NCBI GenBank assembly: GCA_022813865.1
Contig: JALDZX010000002.1
Span: 186,001-250,000 of the forward strand
Length of the DNA: 64,000 nucleotides
Direction of reading: 5' to 3'
From: Xylographa opegraphella
Taxonomy: Eukaryota
This document shows positions 1 to 13,351 of this stretch, one piece after another; the first letter of the stretch is position 1; every line of letters begins with the position of its first letter. The translations under genes were made by a program, and so were the position numbers. The notes under the pieces are model-generated. The model was not told the origin of the DNA and ran no database searches. It saw only the letters and a program-made list of their open reading frames with translations.

Positions 1-189
1 GGAATGGACGCGGAACCCTTGATATGGGAGGTTATGGAGAATCTTGCTTGCGGGAGCGTGTGGGGAAACAAGCAAGTCTGCCAACAAGCTCGAGACCACA
101 TGAGCAGGACGTTTGGGTATCAGTTCAAGCCTAGCAGGATGGCGTCGTTGCTTGGATACGGTGACCGAGTCTGTGCAACGAGGCCATGA
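1..189 (+). CDS. Possible 3' end of a gene entering from the left edge (unknown product)
   Basis: Frame is open from base 1 to TGA at 187-189 and reads like a protein (…EVMENLACGSVW…TFGYQFKPSRMASLLGYG…); no family recognised. Confidence 0.35.
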   Translation, partial: GMDAEPLIWEVMENLACGSVWGNKQVCQQARDHMSRTFGYQFKPSRMASLLGYGDRVCATRP

Positions 190-1389
190 GCGACAAGCGA
201 AACACGCTCGGAATCCTTCGTCGACCGATAAGGAGGCGACACAAAACGTGTGTGTTGGGTTTTCTTTAACCACCTGGGAGTTCGGGGTTTATGAGTCGCA
301 TTATACCCCATATTATCATTGCTACGAGTTCGGTTGCAGGTTAGGACTAGGCTAGAGAGGTTCTCTAGTGCCGGGATAAGTCTATAAATAATTGATGGGC
401 GGATTTAATGGCTCGAATCCTGCAGATCGCATCGGAAGGAATACGAAGTCCTCCAGTACTAGTCGCAATCGTTTTTCTTTGGAGGGTTTTTTCTTGTATA
501 AGGTACCTTACCCATATGCTAGTTAGTCTAGGTAGCTCAGAGGGTCGGATAACGAGAGTGTATCCACGAAAAGTAAATCACTTCTGCTCGAGACATGCAA
601 CGATGCCGTCGCACAGGCTGAGAAGGGGACCATGAGCGTAAGGAACAGTAGCGATTCTCGAGTTAGTAATTTTATCAAAGGGTGCAACAGCAGTCTACTT
701 ATTTGGTGGCTAAAAGAATAAGAATAATGATAATAGGAAAAATTGGGCCCTCAGCGGAACCTATTTAGGCTTAGAGTGGAACGGGTGACAAGCGAACCAA
801 GGATCCGACTTCATAGACCCAAATGTTCGGCTGGGGTTGAAGCATACCAGCAACGTGCATAGCTTTATCCAGCTGAAACCTGGTCTTCCTTCTTTTTCTC
901 CGGCACTGCATCTCAGGCTTTCATTGAATCACTGCACCCGACTTCCCACGTGATAGAAGTCCCGTTCAATTATTCTTCCACATGTCGGTCGACCTGCCCC
1001 AACCATAGGATAACGGCTCTTCTCTGTGACATATCGACTGCAATTCGTTGTCAGTTCCCCGTCACTGCATTCTCTTGCACTTTGGTTGATTCGCAAGCCT
1101 TTAATATCTCTCTGATCTCCGCCGGGCCCTTCGTACTGCTGCCGAACGTCTAATATTCCCGGTCTAGCATCGCCACCTCGACGCAGTGTCTGATATTCGT
1201 ACCACGACTTGGGCGAGCCTACTGCCATCATTATCAGACCTGAATGATCTCCGATTCGACTTGCAAAATCGGCACTAGCCCTGACCGCCCAAGCTTGTGG
1301 TGCAGGATCCTTTCCAAAATTCAACCGGAAATCGAAGACTACTACACGAGACCTAGGAATTCGCATTGTACGAATGGAGCTTTAAAGTG

Positions 1390-4300
1390 ATGGAAGGTCT
1401 GGGACTGACGAAAAAGAGGAGGAGGTATTCATACTGGCAAAAGGATGAAGCAGAGAGGCCCAGAGATAATCGTATGATCGCCAGCAACGGTTCCAACAGG
1501 CCAGGGAGGAGAGAAGCGTGGTGCACCTCGCAACCCTCTGCAGGTCCACTCTCAGCACTTTGGAGCTCAACCTTCTGGCCAGTCTCCATTTCAACAACAT
1601 CGCTCGCCACCGCCCTCTTACCGAAGGCTCTGATCAGCATACTACTTTTCAGTATACTGGTCCTTCCTTCTGAGGCAGCATTCGTCAATTTTCAAAATTG
1701 TCTCGCACCAGGTATTGTCTATGCGCAGGTACCCAAGCCTCTACAATTCACTCCTCTGTTCGTGTCCGCAGTCTTCAATTTAACTGCACCGAGTCATAAT
1801 CTGAACGTGACTGTGTATGGAAATGTCAGCGGGCAGGCAACGGTGCAGCCATTGCCTTCGCCTGGGAGTCCGGCATGGAGCAATCCAAATAATACTTTGG
1901 GAAAACTTCCGGATCAAGACCCCACAACTGGCATATATTCGACACTTGAAGCTGCCTTCGATGTGCTTACTTACACTCCTTACAATGCGCCTGCAAGCCG
2001 ATTCTGCAACAGTACTCTAAATACAAAATGCCCTGTCCCACCAGTTTTCACAAACATGTGAGTAACGTACAGGTTGTTAATACCATTATTTCTGCTGACC
2101 GTCCAGATCTAGCACAACGATCTCAGATCTACCAGCTTTTTGGGTTGCCCATGATTTATATTCGACCTATGCATTTACCAGTATTAGTGCGGTTTTCAAA
2201 CTATATTCTGGTGATGAGGCCGCTTCTACACTTGCGTGCGTAACTGCCAGCATAACTCCAGCCCTGGGTTCAACGATTAACGATCTTCTTACATATTTGC
2301 CCTTACTTGTGCTGGTGTTGGTGGGCGCTGCAACAGCGTCTGCTGCAATATTCAGCCCGTGGGGCACCATTGATGTCTTTCGCTGGACGAGCAATTATGG
2401 AAGAGATGCTGATCAATTGCGCCTGATCACTCCCGGTTTTGGCGACTGCTTACAGTATATGCAATTCATTGTACTTTCTGGGTCTCTCAGCCTCAATTAT
2501 CCTGGTTTCTATCAACCCGTTGTGAGTCGAGTAGGCTGGTCAACGCTCATGTTCAACGAAAGTTTCGTCAGTCATGGTGAAGGGACACAAAGCATTGTCG
2601 ATGGGGTCTACGTCGCCAATGCGAGCTATGGTTTGGGGCAAATGAGCCAACTAATCGGGATGACTCAAGAAGAGGATGTGTGGGCTGGTATGATGATCTG
2701 GCTGCTAGTCATCGTAGCAGCCCTTGTTACTCTCTGCCAGTTTGTGTTTTTATCCCGCTGGATCTATCGACTCCTTTCGAACACGCAAGAAGAAGATCTA
2801 CGAGCAAAGAACATGCCATTTACTATAGGTAACGTGATTAGGGTCACGTTCAACTACTTTCTCCTCCCTCTGGTAGCTTTCTCCATGTTCCAACTTGTTA
2901 TGGCTGGACAATCGCCAGGATTTACCGTTGGACTGGCTGCGCTTACACTGGTGATGTTGATAGGGTTTGTAATATGGCTCTTCTGGCTCGTAGCAACCAC
3001 TCGTCCTCGGTCGTACCTTTTCGATGATTTACCCACCGTGCTTCTTTATGGCCCTCTTTACAACACCTACTCCGACCACGCAGCTGCGTTTTGCCTCGTC
3101 CCACTTATACTGACATTGATGAGAGGCGTTGCAATAGGCGCCGTCCAACCTTCAGGAATTGCTCAATTGGTCTTGCTTGCTATATGCGAGGTTGTCCTTA
3201 TCCTCATGCTTAACGCGTTCAGACCTTTCTCTTCACCAACCTCTATGAATATATTTCATACTCTTTTTGCAGTCGTCCGGCTGCTAACGATCTTGCTAAT
3301 GGTGGCGTTCGTCCCATCGCTACTCGTCGCGGACGCTGCGAGGGAATGGATTGGATATGTGATTCTTCTGCTTCACGGATTAACTCTATTTATTGGCTTC
3401 TTTTTGCATTCCTTGCAGACTCTGACCGAAGTCATTGCCCGGCTGGCTGGTGCAGGAGGCGAGGAAGGTGTCGAAGGAGGGGCCACCAGAGGAGGTCTAG
3501 TTAAAGTGAGTAATTACGGCAAACTTGCAAATTTTTGAGGCGTGCCATTTGAGTTACAATATATTCATAATTTCGTTGCTAACCTTTGATCTCATATCTA
3601 GGTCTTTGGCATGCGACAGCTTTCTCGACGAAATCCCCGTCGCGCCGGGAGAGCTAGACACAGCATGGCATCTGATGCAGTTGTACTTACTCAGGATGAT
3701 CGTGCATCTGTGGGTCTCAGTGGTGGCAGGTCTCGGAGCCTATCCGCAAGTTCGGCACTTCTTCTGAGTAAACAGGCCGGCAATGACGATCGGCGGAGTG
3801 TGGGCTTAGAGTCCGTGAGCCTTGCTGGAGGTGGCCATAGCCATACAGGTAGTGGTGGCCCACAAACGCCTACGACGCCCGGAGGTGTAAGTAACTTTTC
3901 ATATATCCCGGGGGCAAGTCAAATGAATGGCCAGGGAGGATCGAATCGTGGAGGTATCGTGAACACCAAAGCAGTTGGGGCTATCGCCGCCGACCCCTAT
4001 TATAGACCACCACGACAGAAACGACCAAAGGTAGATGTGCCATCGCCGGGAGGGCGTAGTCGGGCTTCATGGGCGAGCGGAGACTGGTCGAAAGGATTAA
4101 GTGCCAATAGTCCCGATCAAGAAGACTCGCCAGATCCTCAAGAAGGACCATCAGTCTCGGGTAGAGGCACTCCTCTGCCAGCTCATCTTGGCTGCACGCG
4201 CGATCGGGATGATTCAGACCCGGACGATCCAAGAGCATCAAAAACAGATTATGCGATTCGCGAAGTGGACTACTATTACGGTGTTCGTGGACCAGCCCTG

Positions 4301-5335
4301 TCTCATATGCCCACAAGAAGACTGAAGACTGGCCCAGCAGATCCCACTGGCCCAGTTTCTTCAGCAACTGGTTGGTTCAAAAGCATATTTGGGGGAAAGA
4401 CAAAAGAGAAGGGGAAGGGTTTTGAGGTTGTTAGAAGCTCGAGAATACCACTCTCGCAGCGAACGCCGCCTGATATTGCTCTAGCTGATCAAACCCCTTA
4501 CAAGGATGAGCCAGATACTCCGGCTCGCGCTGACGTCGCAAGGGACTTCGAATTAGAAGATGAAGGTGACGCCGTTGGCGGAGGGACTCGTCGCTTACCC
4601 GATGAGCAACCCAGCCCCTTGAGCAGTGAGGATGAAGCCGCAGGGCACATCGATTCAGATGACGAGCATTCCTCGCCACTGAGAAGAAGCCAAGTATCAC
4701 AATTTCCACCATCATTGCCTGATATTGAAGTTGGGTCTAGCATCGGTATTCCAAGTCGACTAGCATCAAAAGCAAGTTCTCGGATATCGAGAAGAAGTGG
4801 CCGTGAAATCACCGAGCCTACCCCGACTGTCCCGAGGAGAAGCTCTCGACGAACATTGTCGTACGGAAAAGCATCTGATTTTGACACGAAGGACAAGGCA
4901 AGATTATCCGCAATTGCCCCCTCGCCTCCAGGAACGCCTCAACGACAATCTATACCTCCGTCCTGGCCGCTCGACCCATCTGGCACTACATCTCGGCGAA
5001 TACCGTTCGGCTCAAACCAGACACACTCACGTTCGATCTCACAGTCTGGATTCGTAGAGCCCTCTACATTCTCGACCATTGATGTGTCCCCGGGGGAAGA
5101 GAGCATCAAGTCATTAGGTGGACGCACTCGGCACTCTTCTTCGGTTTTAGGGCGGAATGCGACGTCAGTCCGTGGCGATCGACCTCAAAGCTTGGGTTAC
5201 GTGCAACAACACCGAGCCAGTGACAATATTCATATCGTGAACCCTCTGGACCAACTTTTATCTGGGTCGACTGCCGAGGTGGTGGAAGGGGGAAGGCAAG
5301 GTAGTATAACGCCTGAGACACGACCTTCAACATAG
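1390..5335 (+). CDS. TRP-like / flavin-carrier (FLC/Pkd2)-family integral membrane protein with a long disordered C-terminal tail; 3 exons
   Basis: ORFs 1366-2061, 2297-3538 and 3611-5335 join in frame through introns 2058-2106/2112 (GTGAGT..AG) and 3506-3601 (GTGAGT..TAG). Hydrophobic leader, then a TRP_N-like lumenal domain, the motif TPGFGDCLQYMQF..LSLNYPGFYQP and multiple TM helices. Start could be 1390 or 1474. Confidence 0.8.
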
Positions 5336-6395
5336 CTTATCTTTTCGCTTCTGATCTATTATCTACATTTTAGCTTGATGAGCAAACAAGACTGGGAGCG
5401 ATGGCGTCAAAGCGTGATGGAAAGAGTGCCAATTTTGACCGCAGCAGGAATCTGAATGCATTGCAGGCGTACAACCAGGGGGTTGATATCGACACACACG
5501 AGCGGTGATTTGAATTAGCGAGCGTATCCTTTTTTTTGTTCTGTACAATACCACCATGCTCAGAGACGGGTCGAGACATGTTTCAGGAGGGCGGGAATAA
5601 TGTACAGAGTCGCATATATGACCCATCGAGGACTTATTCTTGATATGCCTTACATCATCATTTCGTATGTATGGAATGTTCCTCAGAGCCTATGCGATAT
5701 CACGATCGAAATAAAGAGTTCTTCCACAGTAGCTATAACTTAACCTTTTCCACGAGATATAGAACATGATGTGATCCAAATTACCTTGTAAAACTTCCAC
5801 GAAGAGTAGGTGGATATAATGTGGATATCTACAGGGGTGCTGGTTGGGAACCTCCCAGGGTCTGGCGATAGCGATCCTTATCCATACCAAAGGTCTTTGC
5901 TTGAGGTCCGTAACTTACTCACCTATATTCTTATATAGACATATATAAAGGTCAGAGAGATCTCTCTCTCATACTTTCAGCGACAAGCTCATCAAGTATC
6001 ACATTGATTGGCTGAGACTGTGGACTTGACTCCCGCCATCCGACTCATTCGCCCTTGACCTCCAAATTCACAGTACAAATTGAACTTAGGCATTGAATAT
6101 ACTCTGCTTTTGTAGTTGGTTCTGCAACTCCACCAGTATTCTTCCTACATCGTAACAGCTCTTGCCTTCGTCACTGTCGAGTCCCAAAGAAGCCTAGAGA
6201 TTGGTTGACAAATCGGGCGGCTGCGTGTCACGCGTCACATTGTTTCGACCGCTGATCACAGTACTTTCTCGCAACTGATTGCTACGACAGATCACAAAGC
6301 TGGATAACCGCCGCCCCAACGACCCAACAGTTTACGTCCACAATCAGTCTGGTAGACCCCCCTTCAAGCGGCCGCGGTTGGCCGGTCGAGCTGAG

Positions 6396-8701
6396 ATGGA
6401 ACGATCCTCCAGCTCGTCAGCTGTAGACCTTAACCAGGCCGTGCGACATCACCCCAGTCAAGTCCTCCTCGAGGGCGGCTCTTCTTCTGTTGGTCCAAGA
6501 GACGGTCTTCTAAGAAGGGGTCATAGCGATGGGGACGTTCTATCCACGGACAGAGATGTGTTCTCGAGGATTGTGGCTGGAGAAAGATTGGGACAAGGGG
6601 AAACATGGGAGAACATACTACGCCAGATACCTACTGGGCAGGATTCACTGGAGCAAAGTAGAGCAGCGGTGCGGAGAGCGGCTATAGTAGCCGCAGACCG
6701 GAAGAGACGATTGCAGGCACCTTCAGATGATCTGAGTAGGAGGCGGTCTTCAACAGATGGTATGATTCGGAACACACTCAACCGAGATGTATCGAGGCCT
6801 CATGCTCCTGGTCTGCCGAGTGTAGCCCCTGGCCATGTCATACTATCGAGTTATCGTGACAACCAGAACTCGGCGCTTAACGTGGATAGGCCGCTCCCTC
6901 GAGTACCTAGTTACTCTAGCACACATAGCAGACGAAGACCAGATATCACGCTCCCGCGGTGGCAGCCAGATTCCGAAGTCTCTGAGTGTCCCATTTGCGG
7001 CCGAACATTCGCCTTCTGGCTGCGGAAGCATCATTGCAGAAAATGCGGAAGGGTAGTCTGTGCAAGCTGCTCACCCCACAGGATTACTATTCCGAGACAA
7101 TTCATCGTTCACCCGCCTGGCGAGGTAGAGTCTGGAAGCATTGGCTCGGGACCTGCGAACGGCGAGGTTGTGGATCTGACCAATGACGACGATGGAAACC
7201 ACACGTCTTCGCCCACTCAATGGCAGAGTCTTTTGACCCCAAATTCTCTAGGAGGGGGTCAAGAAGTCAGACTGTGCAACCCTTGCGTTCCAGACCCGAA
7301 TCCGCTTCCTCCGCCTCCTTACCCAGGATCAGCTTTCACGAGTATGCCTCGACCGGATGGCACTCAATCTCGACAAATACCGCGACCGTCTAGCAATGCA
7401 ACAAATGCGGCATCCAATCAATGGCCGTTGAGGCATGGAACCGCTACGGAAATCCATCGTCGACAGCCCTATGGTATGCCGCCACTATTTACGCCAGGAC
7501 CTAGCAATTCTGGATCCAGAGCCGAAGGAGGCGTGGTACGTTCGACCATTGATAGCATGCAATCAGCAGCGTTACGGTGCCGAATCTTCGGGCCTCAAGC
7601 TAACACCGCCGTCACAGCACAGCGCCGCGAACCCACCATATCCGTTCGAGCCCCCACACAGCCGCCGCCAAGGCATCCGACCTCCCTCCCTCCCAGCACA
7701 CGAGCCCCGTCGATTCGATTTCCCCCCGGGCACTCTCCCCTCATCCAGCAGCTCGACCGTGCAGCACCCGCGAGTGCCCTCGTCCGCCAATCCCTTTCTC
7801 CCCCACAACATCACGCCCTACGGCTCCGCTCCCGGATCCTCCATCATCAACGCAAGTGCCTCCTTCCTTTCTCCCCAAGCGCAGAAACTCCCCAACGCTA
7901 ACCCACCACAGCCCCTCCTGCAATCCCACCTCCCCACGCACCCGCTCCACCCCCGCTTCCAGCACCGCTCCACCGCCTCCACGAGCTCCATCCCCTCTCA
8001 CCGACCCCTCCCCTCCCTGTCCGCCCCTCCCCCACCTCCCGCTCCGCCCATCCCGCCCGAAGACGAATGTCCTGTCTGCCACCTCGCCCTTCCGCCCAAA
8101 GGCCCCGCCGGCGACGAGTCCGCCCGCGAGGCCCACATCATCGCCTGCATCGCCACCAACACCTTTTCCTCCTCCTCCGCGCCCCAATCCGCATCCACCA
8201 TCACCACTGCGCGTCCCACCGCGCCCGCACACCCGAGCGCGGTAGAGCCTCCTCCTGCCGCCGCGCCCGCGGCCGTCATGCGCCGCCGTGCTACGACTGG
8301 GATGGTCGTCTACCACGCCAGCGAGAAGGACTGCGTTGGCGAGAGCGGCGAGCCGCAGGAGTGCGTCATCTGCTTCGAGGAGTTTGCCGTGGGCGTCGAG
8401 ATGGGGCGCTTGGAGTGTTTGTGTAAATTCCACAAGGTGCGTGGTTTTGTGTGTTTTTGTTTTCATTTGGGTTTACAAGGGAGGGGGGTTGTTTGGTTGA
8501 TTGGAGGGCCCGGGCGGGGAGGGGGCCGGGAGGCAAGTGTGTTTGGGGTGTGGGAGATTGTGGGAGAGGAATTCGTAAGAGATTCGAGCAGGGATTCATC
8601 TGGCTGACGTGTTGGTGTTGTTTTTTGCGTAGACGTGTATTCGCCAGTGGTGGGATACGAAAGGGCCTGGTGCGTGTCCGGTGCATCAGGGGGGGTTGTG
8701 A
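6396..8701 (+). CDS. FYVE + C-terminal RING-finger protein (Pib1-like E3 ubiquitin ligase); 3 exons
   Basis: FYVE signature WQPD..CPIC..RKHHCRKCGRVVC..C..RLCNPC. Introns 7536-7617 (GTACGT..CTAAC..CAG) and 8437-8632 (GTGCGT..CTGAC..TAG) rebuild the RING-H2 ECVICFEEF..RLECLCKFHK|TCIRQWW..CPVH; stop TGA 8699-8701. Confidence 0.88.
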
Positions 8702-9926
8702 GATGGGGGTTTAGGTGGGTGGATGCATGCATGGATGCATGGATGGCGTTAAGGCTTTTGGGAACGGGGAAGAAGGCTGGCTCGGATGGATGGATGGCCT
8801 GGTGGGAAGAGGCTGCTTAGTCGGTTGTAATTCAGGCGGGCGGGCCGTTTTGGGAGGATGGAGTTTGCATGTGAGCGTGCAGGGCTATGGTGCATTTTGG
8901 GACACATATTTGGGAGAACATGCTCGTTGTTGCGGATTGCATCCTCCCAGTCATGAGCTGTGGAGCGACCGGGCCGTGTGTGCTCGTGGTGCATGGGCGC
9001 AGGGGCGCTTTGGTTTCGTGGAGTGGGGTCTGGTCCCTGAAGGGGCTTATAGAGGTTGGCTTTTGCTGGCGGGAGGGCGTGGTTTGATATCAATGGCTAG
9101 GCTTTCTTGTTTGCTCTCATGCTCATGTTTACCTTTGTGGGAAGTGTTGGATACGGCAGATGGGAAGGGAAGGGTTGGATCTATAGCTGCAAAGGCCGCC
9201 ATCGCACATTATCGGAGTCATATGAATATCGACTTTACGAAAACGATAGCCTCGTTATGGAAAGCGAAAATTAAATTCCACACTCGGGCATGTATTTGGA
9301 CCACACTTGCAAAACAGCCCTCCTCGAGTTCATAGACTTCGTGCGGACTTTTTTCGTAGACCCCATGAGAAGATCTCGCATGTAGCTGCGAACGGTGAAT
9401 ATCATAATCGATCCAAACCGATTCTCTCCGCGGGCGCCGTTCTGAAAATTATCATGGTCCCAAGAGCATCGAAGGCGACTTTTGACCCGCTGTCTGTGAA
9501 CGCTGGTCGGGGTCTTTCTGGATGGTACGCTGTCTTGAGCGGACAAGACGAATATCAGGTTCGGCGGTGGCGAATTCAGTGGGGGGTCATTATTGCTGTG
9601 GTTGTCCTACAGCCGCATTGTAGATTGCACTCCTTTAACTTCCCCAATGTGACGAAATATGGCGGTCGTAGCTGGATGGTGGGCAAAGAAGACTCGCTGC
9701 TTAAATTTGGTGTATCGTCGCCGAAGGGGGGTACCAAGTAGTCAAAACCAGCTTCCATTCTCGTGCTTCCCAAAGTTTGGCTCCGCATATATGGTTGGTA
9801 AGATTGGCCCTGGGTGAATTCCCTGAATCCATGGTCCAAAGAAAATAGCTTTTGGGATATACAAATAGGAATGCTTCATAGTACAAGTACACGACCCTTC
9901 GAGCTTGGCCATGCCCTTTGAAGGCC

Positions 9927-11736
9927 TCAGGCATTACCATTACTATTTGATCCCATCGAATCATAGCCATTCGCCACCTCCGGCATTGTCCACTCCACCG
10001 AATGCTCGGCCTCGTCTTCGAGGTAGTCGCGCTTCATTTCTTGTGACTTTCGGTGCACGTAGTACACCAGAATACCGCCGATGATGAAGACACTCACTAG
10101 GAGAATGATGTTCACGGGCACAGGGTCTCCGCCAAACTGCTTGTAGCGAAGGGCATCTAAAGCAGACTGCAGGAAATTGAAAAGTCCAGCTAGACATATG
10201 ATTAAGCCATATACTTTGCCAAAGGTGTGAAAGCCAAAGACTTTAGCGGCGTAGTCGGAGACAGCAGTGTAGTACAGAGGGCGGTAAATAACGAAAAGGG
10301 CGATATTAGCATACGCAGCCCAAAGGTAAGGGACGCAGCCGAGGACGCCAATGGTTGTAGCGGTAGTGACGAGAAATGCAAGGACAAAGGTTGTACTGGT
10401 GTTGTCGAGGATGAGACCTATAAATGGTATGGAGATGACACCACCAAGGGGGAGAGCGATGTCGAAGACGTTATTTACTTGCTCCGCTAGCTGATAACTG
10501 CCAAGCAAATATTCGTATTGCGGTCGGATGGTGGCGACGAAGTAGTTGATCCGCAACATTTGGACCATTGTAAAAAGTGCGACAAAGATGAACCAAGGGG
10601 TCTTCACCTGCTGGAAGGCAGTTTGGCCGTGAAGAGCACCCCATACACCACTGATTTCTTTCTTCCTCTGCTCCTGTTCTTGTTGTTTGTCTTCGCCCTT
10701 CGTCCCGAGAAGAGGCGCCAGCTCCGACAGCACACTTTCACGACGAATTCGTCTTTGTTCACGTATACGCTCGTGACGGGCACGGTCGTCGGAATCTTCT
10801 TCTGGCTGGTGTATCTCATCTGCAGATCCTTCTGCAGTAGCCACAAGCTCTCCAACAGTTTTGTAAGACCTTGCCGGCATCAGGAAGATTTGAACAACCA
10901 ATATGAATGCAGGCACAATCAGGTATACAGTAAAGAGATCCGATGGCGTAAAGCTGCCGTGAGTAGCTTCATAGACTAATCGGTAAAAGAGAAAGACAGC
11001 GCTCGAGGAGTCGAATGCGCCGGTCAACAAGGCAAGTATGAGGCCAGAGTGCCTTGGGAAGGTGTTTGAGAGCTGAAACGAAGAGATGAATACAAATGGC
11101 CCTCCTAAAGCGAGGAACAAATAGCCAGGTATATACGCATCGAATGGTAGCTTGGATGCGAAGATGAAAAACACGGCGCCCATGGTTAGGAGTACACTGC
11201 TAATAATCCCACTGATCCTGGGTCCGTATTTGTCTAGGATCGTACCGACTGGTAGAGCGCAGACATTAGTTGCAACTGCCGCAGTCGTGAACATCAAGTT
11301 CAATCTGATTGCCTTATTAGGTACGCTGTACGTCCCGGTGGTGAGAATTTCTACCTTAGTTCCTGCTCGTAACAGGTTTTGCCGGCCTCGACCTTGTCTT
11401 CCTCGTCACATAGATTTCTGTAGACCCCCTCTTTAACAAGAACCGGCTTGAAAGCAGCATATCCAAAGACGATACCAGCTGCGAAGAGGCAGTAAATGCA
11501 TGCAATGGCCACCTGCACTAAAGCACGTCGGATCAGTAAGTCCCACCCCTTTAGCTTTGAAAACCCTCACATATTCTTTTGCCTTTCGATGCCTGAAGCG
11601 TTGGCTCTTTGTGTACCTCTGGCGGAACCCACGTGCCGACTGGATTGAAGCTCATCTTCCGATGTTCGGCTCTCACGGGCGAGGAACCCCGAGGATGTTC
11701 CCACGACTCCATCGAGCTCACTCTATGCAAAGACAT
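9927..11736 (-). CDS. MFS transporter, Fmp42/SLC43-like; 3 exons
   Basis: Exon 11736-11571, intron 11570-11518, exon (LQVAIACIYCLFAAGIVFGYAAFKPVL), intron 11354-11305, then the 458-aa ORF with LPVGTILDKYGPR, LTGAFDSSS, MLRINYFVAT and FGFHTFGKVYG. Confidence 0.87.
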
Positions 11737-12249
11737 GTTGAATAAACGATAATGAAGGAAGAAATTGTATGTGATGATGTATGATCTATTCTCCGCTCCT
11801 AAATGCGGAGACCTCGACCCCGCTGTAAATTATGTACGGAGGTATGGCGGTATCCAATAAGGTACTCGTGACCACGCATTAAATATATAGCGTATGAGCT
11901 TCCAAAATTAAACGAATGATACAGTATATATGATAGAGTGAGATCGAACAGCTAAAAGCACCTTTGACATTAAGATGTTGAAGAGAAGTCGTACGGGTCA
12001 AAACCGCAGAACAGAGGAGCTCTTCGATAAGAGATTGACCATTGACGTAATTAAGGTTTCCCCTCGACTGGGGGAGGCTAATCTAAGGTTGGCCCTAGCA
12101 TCGGCTTGTCTCCGGCCCGATATGAGCTCGGTTAGCGTTTATCAATCCGGGCAGAAACGCTGAAGGAGATAACACTGCAATAATAATAAGACGCTCTGGA
12201 GGGAGCTTGATTTGATGAACTGATCAAGCTCACATACAGCATTCATGTC

Positions 12250-12981
12250 TATGATCTATGGCTGATGTCTGCTGGGGGTTTCTAGTAAAATTCCACAATA
12301 GTTTCTCGTTCCAAAAAGAATTGCAAACTCATATTCCAGCGCTTGTGAGTTGACAGCGGTACGGCTTCATGCTGGGGAAACCGGATCACACATGATAAGG
12401 AAAGCCTGATAGACGCGATCGTTCAACGTAGACTGCTACTTTACTGCTGTACTAGCCAAGTTGGGATCTGTAAAGGCTTCGATTAGGACTAGCTCAAACC
12501 GTAAGTACGTGCCATCGTCCAGGCCTGGGGTTCTTTTGACCACGGTGACTGATATAAATACTACATAATACTGAAACCACGACAACACCGAGTATAGTCG
12601 TTCAAATGCGGGCACGGTCGCGAGACGCTGAAGGCGAAGCTGACTGCCCTCTAAGCGATCCTTTCCAATTATTGCAATCGCCATCGAGGCTGGCAATATT
12701 GGCTCAACACGGCCTGAACGATTAAATGTCCGCCCAGTGAAATGCTAGCCATGAAGCTGACGGTTTTTCAGTATTATAGCGGTTGCTATAGCACCAACGG
12801 CATAGTCAACACGATTCTATCGGCAAGGATCGTGGGTATGCATGTCCTGGGCCTGGGCTGCGCGGAGATGATGCAGGCAGGGGCTCGGGGCCGCGTTTAA
12901 GATGGGGGGAGGAAGAGGGATTTCGATTCTTGTGTGGCGGTTCATCCGGCGGGTGCGGAGGAGGTGGTTACGAAGAGGTAG
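12250..12981 (+). pseudogene. Degraded glutathione reductase (GLR1-like) relic
   Basis: Collinear fragments across shifting frames: VPKRIA (~12309), ACELTAVRLHAGETGSHMIRK, EAGNIGSTRPE (~12686), and RIVGMHVLGLGCAEMMQ-GLGAAFKMG-RKRDFDSCVAVHPAGAEEVVTKR* (12825-12981). The last matches the glutathione reductase C-terminus (VVGLH..G...EMLQGFGVA.KMGATK.DFD.CVAIHPTSAEE.VT). Contains frameshifts, stops and deletions; the 5' boundary is approximate. Confidence 0.8.
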
Positions 12982-13351
12982 AGGGGAGGAATTTAGGGGG
13001 GCGTGCGGGATGGGTACGGGAATGATGTACTTGAAGAGAGGGGAAGACTGGATGAGCGAGGGCGGATTGTTTTCAGTTCATGTATGCAAGCTCACTTTTC
13101 TACGGTGAAGATCATTCCGGGATGCATTTGTGAGAATAGTGTTTCGCATTACTACAGTATATACCGATCATCCAGGTCCAAGAACTCCCGCTTGCATCAA
13201 GAATAAATCGCGCATTTCGACGACCATTTCCCACTCGTCCCACATACCGTAAATCGGGCGTGGTTCCCCCAACTCCATTCCCGTGTCCAACGCTAAAGGG
13301 TATATCGATGTCAGAAAGCAATCCGCGCCCCACACATTGCTTGATCATCTA

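Noticed and set aside
340..780. TA/TAG-rich stretch suggestive of a RIP-mutated transposon relic
   Set aside because: No terminal repeats, target-site duplication or transposase/RT motifs seen.
9271..9900. Overlapping 87-144-aa ORFs between convergent gene ends
   Set aside because: No recognisable motifs; probably 3' UTR or intergenic sequence.
12202..12230. Short inverted repeat GAGCTTGAT…ATCAAGCTC
   Set aside because: A single 9-bp stem is expected by chance in 64 kb, and it lies at the edge of the pseudogene relic.
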